Assembly: GCA_964499705.1 (NCBI GenBank)
Contig: CAZCME010000002.1
Location: 62,001 to 126,000 of the forward strand
Length of the DNA stretch: 64,000 nt
Source of the DNA: an uncultured bacterium
GTDB taxonomy: Bacteria > UBA8481
Reading direction: 5' to 3'
Both the position numbers and the translations under genes were made by a program. Each line of letters starts with the position of its first letter. The first letter of the stretch is position 1. A model generated the notes under the pieces. It saw only the letters and a program-made list of their open reading frames with translations. It was not told the origin of the DNA and did not search any database. Shown one piece after another: positions 55,193 through 64,000 of the stretch.

Positions 55193-57217
55193 ATGTGCGG
55201 GATCGCAGGCTTCGTGGCCCTCCATCATTCCCGAACACCCTCCGTGCGAACTCTTCAGCGGATGAATGCGATGTTGTCTCATCGCGGTCCCGACGATCGA
55301 GGCCTCCTGGCCGACGGCCGTGCGGGTCTGGCGATGAGCCGGCTCTCCATCATCGACATCGCGGGAGGACACCAGCCGATGGTGTCTCCCGACCGCGAGG
55401 CCATGGTCGTCTTCAACGGCGAGATCTACAACCATGTCGAGCTGCGCATCGAGCTGGAATCCCGCGGATGGCGTTTCCGCTCGCAGAGCGACACGGAAGT
55501 CGTGCTCGCGGCTTATCTGGAATATGGCCCGGGAATGGTGGATCGCTTCAACGGCATGTTCGCGATCGCGGTCTGGGATTTCCGCGGTCAAACGTGCCAT
55601 CTGTACAGGGACCGGTTCGGGAAGAAGCCGTTGTACTGGGCGGAACACGGCGGCTCGATCTATTTCGCATCCGAGATCAAGGCGCTGCTGGCCGTTCCGT
55701 CTTTTCCCCGCGAGCTCGATCACGATGCGCTCCGGCAGTATCTATACCTCGGCCAGATCCTGCCGCCGCGCACCGCCCTGAGGCGGATACAATCGCTGCC
55801 GCCGGGACACCAGATGTCCGTGACCGCCGAGGGAATTCGACCGTCGTACGCCTACTGGGATATCGCGATTCCCTCCCGCACACCGGAGCCCGCGGACGCG
55901 ACGAAGATGAGCCGGTACGAGGAGGAGCTCGACGAACGCCTGTCGGAAGCGGTCAGGATCCGGTTGCGAAGCGATGTACCCGTCGCGGCGACGCTTTCCG
56001 GCGGCCTCGATTCGACTTCCGTGCTCTATTATCTCAGGAGGCATTCCGCGCAGGTCTCCAGGGCCTTCACGATTTCATTCCGCGACGCGAAACTGGATGA
56101 GGATCGGAACGACGAATCCGCTTTTCAGAAATCCGCGCTCCGGTGGTTCGGAGTGGAATCGAGCGAATTCTCCTTCTTCGAGAACCGGGAGGAAATCGCC
56201 GAGGAGCTGCCGCGCGCGACGTGGATCTACGAATCGCCTGACTCCGTGGCGCAGCAGGAAATTCTCTTCACGTTTCTCTCGCGGGACATGAGGAACCTGG
56301 GATACAAGGTCGGCCTGGGCGGGGAGGGATCGGACGAGATGATGCGGGGTTATCCCTGGTACGATCCTTCCGTATCCCACATGGAGGCGCTTCGTCCCGA
56401 AGGCGTGCTGGATGACGATCGTGTGACGGAGGAGATGAAGCGAAGGGTGCGGGCCGAATCGTGGTTCATGGAACGATGGGGATACCCGACGTTTCATATC
56501 CATGAACAGATGGCCTGGTCCCGGCTCCAGCGTCTCTTCGATTCCGGGCTCCTGCCGCCCGCGTTCACCGATGAGGAGCGCGGCGGTCCCGACCACGCCG
56601 ACTTCTCCACGCATGTGCCGCGCGAAAGGTGGGCGGAGTTGCGCGGCATGGGTCTTCTGCAATATGCCGATATCAAGCTGCGCCTTCCTGAATTCATCCT
56701 GGGAGTCCAGGACAAGTTCACGATGGCGGCGTCCGTGGAGATGCGGTGCCCGTTTCTCGATCACACCCTTGCCTCCTGGCTTGTCCAACTCCCGGCGAAC
56801 ATGACCTGGCACCGGGGCCGGGAGAAGTGCCTGATGCGACGAATCATGCAGGGCCGGATTCCGCGGGAGATCCTTCGACGCCGGAAACAGGGATTCGGAG
56901 CGCCGCTTCTGCAGAGCGACCACGGCTACAATCGCGCCCGCGTACGGGAACTGACGCGGCCGGCGACCATTCGCCAGGCGGGCATCATCAGTCCGGCCTT
57001 CATTCAGCGATTGAGAATGGAGCAGGCCGCGCACGAGCTGGCGGGAAGAACGCCTGCCGCGTGGCAGGCGGACCTGGAGGTCGGCTTCTCCGTGCCCGAG
57101 CTCTATCTCCGCCGCATCGAGGACATCCAGAATTTCTGGCAGATCTTCATCCGGGATTACGAATCATGGCGAGACGATCACCTGCGGAGAGCGGTGCCGG
57201 TGGATCGAGCCGCCTGA
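55193..57217 (+). CDS. asnB: [10 protein letters not shown] synthase-type glutamine amidotransferase
   Basis: MCGIAG (Cys2 nucleophile), HRGPD, RLSIID..GG.QP, FNGEIYN, RDRFGKKPLY, LSGGLDS, GEGSDE, E.R.PFLD. Confidence 0.9.
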   Translation: MCGIAGFVALHHSRTPSVRTLQRMNAMLSHRGPDDRGLLADGRAGLAMSRLSIIDIAGGHQPMVSPDREAMVVFNGEIYNHVELRIELESRGWRFRSQSDTEVVLAAYLEYGPGMVDRFNGMFAIAVWDFRGQTCHLYRDRFGKKPLYWAEHGGSIYFASEIKALLAVPSFPRELDHDALRQYLYLGQILPPRTALRRIQSLPPGHQMSVTAEGIRPSYAYWDIAIPSRTPEPADATKMSRYEEELDERLSEAVRIRLRSDVPVAATLSGGLDSTSVLYYLRRHSAQVSRAFTISFRDAKLDEDRNDESAFQKSALRWFGVESSEFSFFENREEIAEELPRATWIYESPDSVAQQEILFTFLSRDMRNLGYKVGLGGEGSDEMMRGYPWYDPSVSHMEALRPEGVLDDDRVTEEMKRRVRAESWFMERWGYPTFHIHEQMAWSRLQRLFDSGLLPPAFTDEERGGPDHADFSTHVPRERWAELRGMGLLQYADIKLRLPEFILGVQDKFTMAASVEMRCPFLDHTLASWLVQLPANMTWHRGREKCLMRRIMQGRIPREILRRRKQGFGAPLLQSDHGYNRARVRELTRPATIRQAGIISPAFIQRLRMEQAAHELAGRTPAAWQADLEVGFSVPELYLRRIEDIQNFWQIFIRDYESWRDDHLRRAVPVDRAA

Positions 57218-57272
57218 AGAACCGCAGACGCGGGACCGGCATTTGGATTATGATCTTTCCGCGAGGTGAAAC

Positions 57273-57920
57273 ATGACCATTAAAGCCACATACATCGGAC
57301 ACTCCGCCGTTTACCTGGAATCGCCTTCGGCTCGAATCATCATCGATCCGTTCATCACGGGTAATCCATCGGCGAAGGCGAAAGTTCTCGATTTCAAGCC
57401 GGATTTCGTTCTTGTGACGCACGATCACGAGGATCACCTCGGCGACACGGAGGCGTACCTGAAGCAGGGAGCCACATTCGTCGGAATTCACGAGCTGGCC
57501 GTCCGGTTCGGAATGTACAAGACGGAAGGGATGAATATCGGCGGATCGATCACGGCCGGGCCGATCCGGATTCATATGACGCATGCCCTGCACACCTGCG
57601 GCACCGGACATTGCACGGGATTTGTCGTGGAAATGGACGGCAGGCAGATTCATCACGCGGGAGACACGGGGATTTCGAAAGACATGGAATTCCTGAAGGA
57701 ATTCTTCCGGATCGATCTGGCCTTTGTGCCGATCGGTGATCGATACACGATGGGGGCGCGATCGGCGGCGAGAGCGGTGGAACTGATGGGAGCGGCGAAG
57801 GCGGTGCCGATTCATTATGGAACGTGGCCGCCGATCCAGGGAGAGCCGGAGGAATTCGCGCGGCTGCTGGGCGCGAAAGCGGAGATCATGAAGCCGGGCT
57901 CCACTCTGAACCTGGGTTGA
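57273..57920 (+). CDS. Metallo-beta-lactamase-fold hydrolase (UPF0173-like)
   Basis: GHS, IDPF..GNP, THDHEDH, HAGDT, PIGDRYTM, PIHY.TWP. Confidence 0.92.
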   Translation: MTIKATYIGHSAVYLESPSARIIIDPFITGNPSAKAKVLDFKPDFVLVTHDHEDHLGDTEAYLKQGATFVGIHELAVRFGMYKTEGMNIGGSITAGPIRIHMTHALHTCGTGHCTGFVVEMDGRQIHHAGDTGISKDMEFLKEFFRIDLAFVPIGDRYTMGARSAARAVELMGAAKAVPIHYGTWPPIQGEPEEFARLLGAKAEIMKPGSTLNLG

Positions 57921-57933
57921 ACTTCTTCGCCCT

Positions 57934-58737
57934 GTGAACGCACCGCGGCACTTTCATATCGATCGACCCGAATTCTTTCATCCGGCGCTGCCGAAAGCCC
58001 TGGATGGATTTCGGATCGTGTACATCTCCGACCTGCACGTGGCGCGCGGCGGATGCGCCGAAGACGAGCTGGCGCATTTTCTATTGTCGCGCGAATACGA
58101 CCTCGGCTTATTCGGAGGCGACTACCAGAACGGATTCGGGCCCGTTTCCGAGCACGCTTTCGGGATCATCGCCCGGATCGTGCGGGCGGTTCGAGCCCGC
58201 CATGGAGTCTACGGGTGCGTTGGTAATCACGACAGTCCGGACGTGGTCGCAAGGCTCAAGTCGGAATCGATTCGCATGGATGAAAACTGTTCGTACGAGA
58301 TCGCGCCGGGATTTCATCTCGTCGTGATCGGCGATGCCTGGGACCGCCATGACGATGTCCCACTCGCCATGCGCGATCTGCCTTCTTCCGGATTCCGGAT
58401 GACGCTCTCGCACGCCCCGGACGTCGCCTGGAAGGCCTCCCGCGCCGGCGCGCACGCGCTTCTCTGCGGACACACGCACGGAGGCCAGGTGCGCCTGCCG
58501 TTCATCGACAGCCCGGTCAAGCGCATCCGCGGAGACCGCCGGCTGGTGCGCGGAGATTTCCGGCTCGACCGGATGCTTCTTCATGTCACGCATGGATTCG
58601 GGACGAGCCTTTTTGCCATCCGCTATGGCACGCGCCGGTCGATCGCGGAAGTGACTTTGCGACATGGAGAACTGTGGAAGAACGCGGCGCCCCGGATATT
58701 CTCGAAGGAGACATGGAGGAAGCTCCGGAGTGCTTAA
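57934..58737 (+). CDS. Calcineurin-like metallophosphoesterase
   Basis: SDLH, GD, GNHD, SH.PD, GHTHGGQ. Confidence 0.9.
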   Translation: MNAPRHFHIDRPEFFHPALPKALDGFRIVYISDLHVARGGCAEDELAHFLLSREYDLGLFGGDYQNGFGPVSEHAFGIIARIVRAVRARHGVYGCVGNHDSPDVVARLKSESIRMDENCSYEIAPGFHLVVIGDAWDRHDDVPLAMRDLPSSGFRMTLSHAPDVAWKASRAGAHALLCGHTHGGQVRLPFIDSPVKRIRGDRRLVRGDFRLDRMLLHVTHGFGTSLFAIRYGTRRSIAEVTLRHGELWKNAAPRIFSKETWRKLRSA

Positions 58738-59834
58738 GCGAGCAGTACTTTCACAACCTCGTCCACTTCCGCTTCGGTCATGCCGGGGAAGAGCGGAAGA
58801 GAGATGATCTCGCCGCACATGCCTTCGGATACGGGCATGGCGCCTTTCTGGTAGCCGAGGTTCGCGAAACCCTTCATGAGGTGAACGGGCATGGCGTAAT
58901 GAACGCCCCACGCGATTCCGGCTTCATCGAGCCGCTTGCAGAGCGCGTCGCGTTCTCGGGATTGGACGACGTAGAGATGGTAGACATGCTCGCGGTGCTC
59001 GCCTACCTTCGGCGTGACATAGCGGTCGCTGCCGGAGAGGCGATCGTTGTACCAGCGGGCGACCTCCTGGCGTGACGCGTTCCACGCGTCGAGATGGGGG
59101 AGCTTCACGCCGAGGACGGCGAACTGGATCGTGTCGGGACGGGAGTTGTCGCCCTTCTCGAACGACTCGTTCTTGTTTCCTCGGCCGTGGATCCTGATGC
59201 GCGTCATCTTATCCGCGAGAACCTGGTCGCTGGTCACACAGATTCCGGCGTCGCCGAACGCGCCCAGGTTCTTGGAGGGAAAAAAGGAAAAAGCCGCGAT
59301 CGTTCCGAAGGTTCCGATCTTATGCCCCTTCCATTTCGCGCCATGCGCCTGGGCGCAATCCTCGATCACGGCGATCCCGTTCCCGGCTGCGATCCGCATG
59401 ATCTCGTCCATGTCGGCGGCTTGTCCGTAGAGATGGACGGGAATGATCGCCCTGGTCCGCTCCGTGACGGCTTCCTCCACGAGCGACGTGTCGATGGTGA
59501 ATGTCTCCGGTTCGATATCCACGAGGACAGGCGTTGCTCCGGTGCGCTCGATGGCTCCCACGGTGGCCATGAAGGTGTAGGAGACCGTGATCACTTCGTC
59601 TCCCGGGCCGATGCCCAGCGCCTTCAGGGCGAGGTAGAGCGCGTCCGTGCCGCTGGCGCATCCGACGCCGTGCGGGACTCCGATGTAGGAAGCGAAGGCG
59701 CTTTCGAAGGATTTGACCTCCGGGCCGAGAATGAATCCCGTCGAATCCACGACTTTGCGAATCGCCTCGTCGATCTGGGAGCGGATCGGCGCGTGCTGGC
59801 GGTTCAGATCCAGGAGCGGAATACGCGTCTTCAT
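58734..59834 (-). CDS. DegT/DnrJ/EryC1/StrS sugar aminotransferase
   Basis: FILGPEV..FE, SGTDAL.LAL, PVHLYGQ, EDCAQA.G, FSFFPSKNLGAFGD.G. Confidence 0.94.
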   Translation of the reverse strand: MKTRIPLLDLNRQHAPIRSQIDEAIRKVVDSTGFILGPEVKSFESAFASYIGVPHGVGCASGTDALYLALKALGIGPGDEVITVSYTFMATVGAIERTGATPVLVDIEPETFTIDTSLVEEAVTERTRAIIPVHLYGQAADMDEIMRIAAGNGIAVIEDCAQAHGAKWKGHKIGTFGTIAAFSFFPSKNLGAFGDAGICVTSDQVLADKMTRIRIHGRGNKNESFEKGDNSRPDTIQFAVLGVKLPHLDAWNASRQEVARWYNDRLSGSDRYVTPKVGEHREHVYHLYVVQSRERDALCKRLDEAGIAWGVHYAMPVHLMKGFANLGYQKGAMPVSEGMCGEIISLPLFPGMTEAEVDEVVKVLLA

Positions 59835-60229
59835 GTCAGGCTCGACGGTCCGAACGCGCGGGGCAGCAGTTCGGAGATCGTTTTCACATCGTGATGTCCC
59901 GACGTCGTCGCCATGAGGACGCGGATGCCGGGTCCGAATTCGAAGATGACCTGCCGACAGGCGCCGCACGGAGCGGGCGGATCGGGGGAGTCGAGGACGA
60001 TCGCGATCGCCTGGAATTTCCGTCGTCCTTCGGAAACGGCCTTGAAGATGGCGGTTCGTTCCGCGCAGCATGTGAGCCCATACGAGGCGTTTTCGACGTT
60101 GCAGCCGGTGAAGACGGATCCGTCGTCGCAGAGGAGCGCGGCTCCGACGAGAAATTTCGAATACGGCGCATAGGCGTTGTTCCTGGCGTCGGCGGCGAGC
60201 TTTATCAGTTCTGTGTCAGTCATCAGCAT
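59831..60229 (-). CDS. cdd: Cytidine deaminase
   Basis: AYAPYS.F.VGAA, GCNVENASYGLTCCAER, PCGACRQ; start could be 60235 or 60223. Confidence 0.95.
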   Translation of the reverse strand: MLMTDTELIKLAADARNNAYAPYSKFLVGAALLCDDGSVFTGCNVENASYGLTCCAERTAIFKAVSEGRRKFQAIAIVLDSPDPPAPCGACRQVIFEFGPGIRVLMATTSGHHDVKTISELLPRAFGPSSLT

Positions 60230-60238
60230 TCCCATTTG

Positions 60239-60277
60239 TATTTCAGATCTGCGATCTTAGATCCAAGATTTGAAATA
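60239..60277. repeat. Degenerate 7-nt-period repeat within an imperfect inverted repeat
   Basis: TATTTCAGATCT...AGATTTGAAATA enclosing TCAGATC TGCGATC TTAGATC CAAGATT. Confidence 0.5.
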
Positions 60278-60284
60278 TTCAATT

Positions 60285-61010
60285 CTAAAGCTCTTCCGCT
60301 TCCAGTCGGACCGCCTCGTGAATGTCGATCTGGTGTTCATACAGGGCCTTTCCGACGATGACGCCCTCGAGGTCGGGAATGGCGGCGAGCTTCCTGAGGT
60401 CGTCCATGCAGGTGACGCCGCCGGAGGCGATGACCGGGATCGTGGACTTGGAGACGAGATCGTCGATCGCTTCGAAGTCAGGCCCGACGAGTTCCCCGTC
60501 GCGCTCGATTGCGGTGAAGATGATGCCGTGCGCCTTCCATTCCGCGGCCCGCTCCGTGATTTCCAGCGCGGTCCGGTTGGAGCTTTTCACCCAACCGTGC
60601 GTCGCGACGAAGCCCGCGCGCGCGTCGATGCCGATGTAGATTTTTCCCGGGTAGGCTTCGACGATGTCCGATGCAAGCTGGGGATTCTCGATGACGACCG
60701 TGCCGATGACGACGTAGGAGACGCCGTTTTCGATGAGAGTCCTGACCGCTTCCATCGTCCGGATGCCGCCTCCCACCTCGATCGGAGTCTCGACCTCCTT
60801 CGCGATGCGCGCGATCATCTCGAGATTCCGGGATCCTCCCTCGAAGGCGCCGTCGAGATCGACGACGTGGATGCGGCTGACGCCGGCCTGCGACCACTTG
60901 TGCGCGATCGCCACGGGATCCTGGTCGTACACCTTCTGCGAATCGCGTTCGCCCTGGGTCAGGCGGACGCACTTGCCGTCGATGATGTCGATGGCGGGGA
61001 TGATGATCAT
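60285..61010 (-). CDS. hisA: ProFAR isomerase
   Basis: IIPAIDI.DGKCVRL.QG, H.VDLDGA, VGGGIR, T.I.RDG...G, ASGGV, G.IVGKALY. Confidence 0.96.
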   Translation of the reverse strand: MIIIPAIDIIDGKCVRLTQGERDSQKVYDQDPVAIAHKWSQAGVSRIHVVDLDGAFEGGSRNLEMIARIAKEVETPIEVGGGIRTMEAVRTLIENGVSYVVIGTVVIENPQLASDIVEAYPGKIYIGIDARAGFVATHGWVKSSNRTALEITERAAEWKAHGIIFTAIERDGELVGPDFEAIDDLVSKSTIPVIASGGVTCMDDLRKLAAIPDLEGVIVGKALYEHQIDIHEAVRLEAEEL

Positions 61011-61035
61011 GAGAAAAGGATGAAGAAAGAGTTCT

Positions 61036-61671
61036 TCACGCGATGGATCCCAGCCATGCTTTAAGCAGATCTATGCCGGCCTCGCCGGATTTCTCGGGGT
61101 GGAACTGCGTCGCGTATATCGGAGGATCGGCGATCGCGGCGGTGTAGTTGATGCCGTAGTCGGTCGTCGCGGAAATGATCCGCCGGTCGGCGGGAGAAGC
61201 ATAATACGAGTGAACGAAGTAGAAGCTTTTTCCCGTGATGTCGGGGCCTCGGTTGGTCCCGTTGCAGTGCACGGTGTTCCAGCCCATCGCGGGGACGATC
61301 ATCTTCTCTCCGTTCACCTGCGCGGGAAACTTGACGACGGATCCGCGGTAGGCTCCCAGTCCCGGGATGTCCGGCGATTCGTCGCTCCGGTCGAAAAGAG
61401 TCTGGAGCCCGAGGCAGATGCCGAGAAAAGGCTTCCTGTTCGTGATCCACTCGCGCAGAGGTTGCGTCATGCCGGATTCGTTCAGGCGATTCATGGCGTC
61501 GCCGAAGTGGCCGACGCCGGGCAGGACGACCGCCTTCGCAGCCGCAAGGTCGGACGCGGAGCTCGTCACGCGAACCTCGGCACCGGCGGCGGCCAGGGCC
61601 TTAGTGACGGAATGGATATTTCCCATGCCGTAGTCGATGACGATGATTTCTTTGCAGGAGCTTTCGTTCAT
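61036..61671 (-). CDS. hisH: Imidazole glycerol phosphate synthase glutaminase subunit
   Basis: IDYGMGN, LPGVG.F, GICLGLQ, YFVHSY, QFHPEKS. Confidence 0.96.
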   Translation of the reverse strand: MNESSCKEIIVIDYGMGNIHSVTKALAAAGAEVRVTSSASDLAAAKAVVLPGVGHFGDAMNRLNESGMTQPLREWITNRKPFLGICLGLQTLFDRSDESPDIPGLGAYRGSVVKFPAQVNGEKMIVPAMGWNTVHCNGTNRGPDITGKSFYFVHSYYASPADRRIISATTDYGINYTAAIADPPIYATQFHPEKSGEAGIDLLKAWLGSIA

Positions 61672-62975
61672 TGCGGCAAGGAGGATAGCATTTCTCCGAT
61701 CGTTCTCACGATCTTTGTTGTGATGCCCTGAGGAGTCTCGACTTTCTGCTGAGGTATGAAGGCGTGTCGGAAGCCGAGCGCTCCGGCTTCACGGAGCCTT
61801 TGCTCGAGCCGGCCGGCGGGACGGACTTCGCCGCCGAGCCCGACTTCGCCGCAGAAGATCGTCGCCTCCGGCAGCGGTCGATCGCGAACCGCGGACGCGA
61901 CGGCCGCGATCACGCCGAGATCGACGGCGGTTTCCTTCAGGCGGAATCCTCCCGCGGAGTTTACATAGACATCGTCGCGGGATATGAGAATGCCGCCCCG
62001 GCGTTCCAGGACCGCGAGGAGCATGGCGAGGCGGTTCGGATCGATGCCCGTGGAGACGCGCCGCGGAAGGCCGAAGGCCGTCGATACGGTCAGCGCCTGG
62101 AGCTCCACGATGAGCGGGCGGCGCCCTTCCATCGAGGAGACGACGGCGGAACCGGGAGCCGTGACGGTGCCTCCGGGGAGAAGAATTTCCGATGGATTGG
62201 ATATCTCCCGCATGCCGGTCTCGTCCATCGCGAAGAGCCCGACCTCATCGGTCGAGCCGAAGCGATTCTTCATTCCTCGCAGCATCCGGTAGGCTCCGGA
62301 CGTGTCCTGTTCGAGAATGAGAACCGCGTCGACGAGGTGCTCCAGAAGCATGGGGCCGGCGATGTCGCCCGATTTCGTGACGTGGCCGATGATGATCGTG
62401 GGGATGCCGAGCTTCTTCGCGGCGCGGAGGAGGATGGCCGTGGCTTCGCGGATCTGGTTCACCGCGCCCGTTCCCGCCGACGGAGATTCGACGCGCATCG
62501 TCTGGATCGAGTCCACGACGACGAGGTCGGGCCTCGCGCGCTCGATCTCCGCGACGATGTGCTCCACCGCCGCATCGGTCGTGATCGTGATCCGCTTCGC
62601 GTCCGCGCTGATCCGGTCCGCGCGGAGCTTCACCTGCGCGGGCGATTCCTCCCCGGCGGCATAGAGCACATTCGTGAAGCCGCGGCAGAGCTGGAGCGCG
62701 AGCGTGGATTTTCCGATGCCCGGTTCGCCGGCGAGGAGGACGACGGAGCCGCGGACGAGGCCGCCTCCGAGGACGCGGTCGAGCTCCCCGATGCCGGAGG
62801 CGCGCCGGTCCGCCTGGAGCGCGTCGACGTCGGCGAGACGGATCGAGGAGCTTTTCGTGGATGAGGAGCCCCGTTCCTCGATCGTTCCCCACGCGCCGCA
62901 GGAAGGGCATTGCCCCAGCCATTGAGGTTGCGCCGAGCCGCATTCCGAGCAGGCGAACGCGGGAGATTTAGCCAT
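61668..62975 (-). CDS. radA: DNA repair protein RadA/Sms
   Basis: C..CG....W.GQC..C zinc finger, GEPGIGKST, DSIQT, KNRFG. Confidence 0.97.
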   Translation of the reverse strand: MAKSPAFACSECGSAQPQWLGQCPSCGAWGTIEERGSSSTKSSSIRLADVDALQADRRASGIGELDRVLGGGLVRGSVVLLAGEPGIGKSTLALQLCRGFTNVLYAAGEESPAQVKLRADRISADAKRITITTDAAVEHIVAEIERARPDLVVVDSIQTMRVESPSAGTGAVNQIREATAILLRAAKKLGIPTIIIGHVTKSGDIAGPMLLEHLVDAVLILEQDTSGAYRMLRGMKNRFGSTDEVGLFAMDETGMREISNPSEILLPGGTVTAPGSAVVSSMEGRRPLIVELQALTVSTAFGLPRRVSTGIDPNRLAMLLAVLERRGGILISRDDVYVNSAGGFRLKETAVDLGVIAAVASAVRDRPLPEATIFCGEVGLGGEVRPAGRLEQRLREAGALGFRHAFIPQQKVETPQGITTKIVRTIGEMLSSLPQ

Positions 62976-62992
62976 GGGCGAGACGGCTTATT

Positions 62993-64000
62993 CTATTTGA
63001 GCGCGCGACCGATGGTGGCCACAACCCTGGTGAGCGTCTTGTCGTCTATGACGAGCGGCGGCTGGATGCGGATCACGTTGGCGAAGACGCCGCCCGAACC
63101 GACGAGGACGCCGTTGTCGAGGCATCGCGCCTGGACATCGGATGCGAGGGCGGCAGCGGGAGTTCTCTTCCGGTCGGAAACGAGCTCGATGCCGATCATC
63201 AGCCCTTCGCCGCGGATCTCGCCGATGGCGCGGTGCTTTCGCTGCAGGACTTTCAACGCGGCCTTCAGCTTCCGGCCCTTGGTCTCCGCCTGCTTCACGA
63301 GCTTCACGCGCTGCATGTAGTTGATATTCGCCAGGGCCGCCGCAGCGGAAACGGGATTGCCGCCGAACGTGGAGAGATGCGAGCCGGGCGTGAAGGAGTC
63401 CGCGATCTCCGCGCGCGCCGTGAAGCCGCTGATGGGAAATCCCGCCGCGATGCCCTTTGCCGTCGTGACGATGTCGGGCTTGACGCCGGAGTGCTCGATG
63501 CCGAACATCCTGCCCGTGCGGCCGAACCCGGTCTGGACCTCGTCGCAGATGAAGAGGATCTTGTGCTTGTCGAGAATCTTTTTGACGATGGGAAAATATT
63601 CCTTCGGAGGCGTGACGATCCCGCCCTCGCCGAGTATGGGCTCCGCGATGAACGCCGCGACATTGCCGGAAGTGTTGTACCGGATGATGTCCTCCACCGC
63701 GTGGGCGCAGGCCATGCCGCATTTCGGATAGGTCTGCTTCAGGGGGCAGCGATAGCAGTAGGGGATAGGCGCGAAGGTGACGCCGGACGGATACGGGCCG
63801 CCGCTGTGCTTGCGCCCGCTGTTGCCGGTGATCCCGAGCGTCGCCAGGGTCCGGCCATGAAAGGATCCCTGCAGCGCGATAAATTCGTTCCTGCCCGTGA
63901 AATGCTTGGCCAGGCGCATCGCGCCCTCGATTGCTTCCGCTCCGGAATTTCCGAAGAATGTCTTCTGCATTTTTTCGCCGGGAACGATCTCCGCCATTTT
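62993..64000 (-). CDS. Class-III PLP aminotransferase (GabT-like), 5' end outside the window
   Basis: NSGAEA.EGA, SFHGRT, AEPILGEGG, DEVQTGFGRTG, AKGIA.G, STFGGNP. Confidence 0.92.
   Translation of the reverse strand, partial: KMAEIVPGEKMQKTFFGNSGAEAIEGAMRLAKHFTGRNEFIALQGSFHGRTLATLGITGNSGRKHSGGPYPSGVTFAPIPYCYRCPLKQTYPKCGMACAHAVEDIIRYNTSGNVAAFIAEPILGEGGIVTPPKEYFPIVKKILDKHKILFICDEVQTGFGRTGRMFGIEHSGVKPDIVTTAKGIAAGFPISGFTARAEIADSFTPGSHLSTFGGNPVSAAAALANINYMQRVKLVKQAETKGRKLKAALKVLQRKHRAIGEIRGEGLMIGIELVSDRKRTPAAALASDVQARCLDNGVLVGSGGVFANVIRIQPPLVIDDKTLTRVVATIGRALK

Noticed and set aside
55193-57217. Lasso-peptide cyclase
   Set aside because: The glutaminase domain with Cys2 is intact, and no B protein/RRE or lasso precursor is nearby
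1-64000. Many long alternative-frame and antisense ORFs in the track (e.g. 305-1315, 17993-19717, 31914-34034)
   Set aside because: They are Arg/Pro/Ala-rich shadow ORFs overlapping well-supported genes, as expected in GC-rich DNA

Overview
GC-rich bacterial chromosome segment from a flagellated, probably diderm organism; the lineage cannot be assigned from sequence alone. It is gene-dense and mostly housekeeping or envelope genes: ileS (partial), mtgA, ABC exporter, crp-family regulator, fliD, trpBA, accD-folC, ECF sigma/anti-sigma, fliS, slt, ribD, ftsY, wecA-like, glycosyltransferases, proS, Ser/Thr kinase, asnB-like, cdd, hisAH and radA. I saw no rRNA, tRNA, CRISPR array, transposase or phage genes. 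Highlights: (1) a flagellin-glycosylation operon (WbpD-like, SpsF/PseF, PseG, Maf, fliS) with no NeuB/PseI but with an HpcH-type aldolase and an ATP-grasp::FMN hydroxy-acid dehydrogenase fusion; (2) a PGM1-like ATP-grasp ligase + M20 peptidase divergent from an AsnB amidotransferase; (3) a class-III aminotransferase + LuxE-like pair lacking LuxC; (4) several families of non-coding palindromic elements, including a three-layer nested insertion with a 10-bp target-site duplication; (5) a recurrent promoter-6/7 nt-ATG architecture implying leaderless mRNAs; (6) a probable ACG start codon. All product calls come from motif recognition, not database searches.
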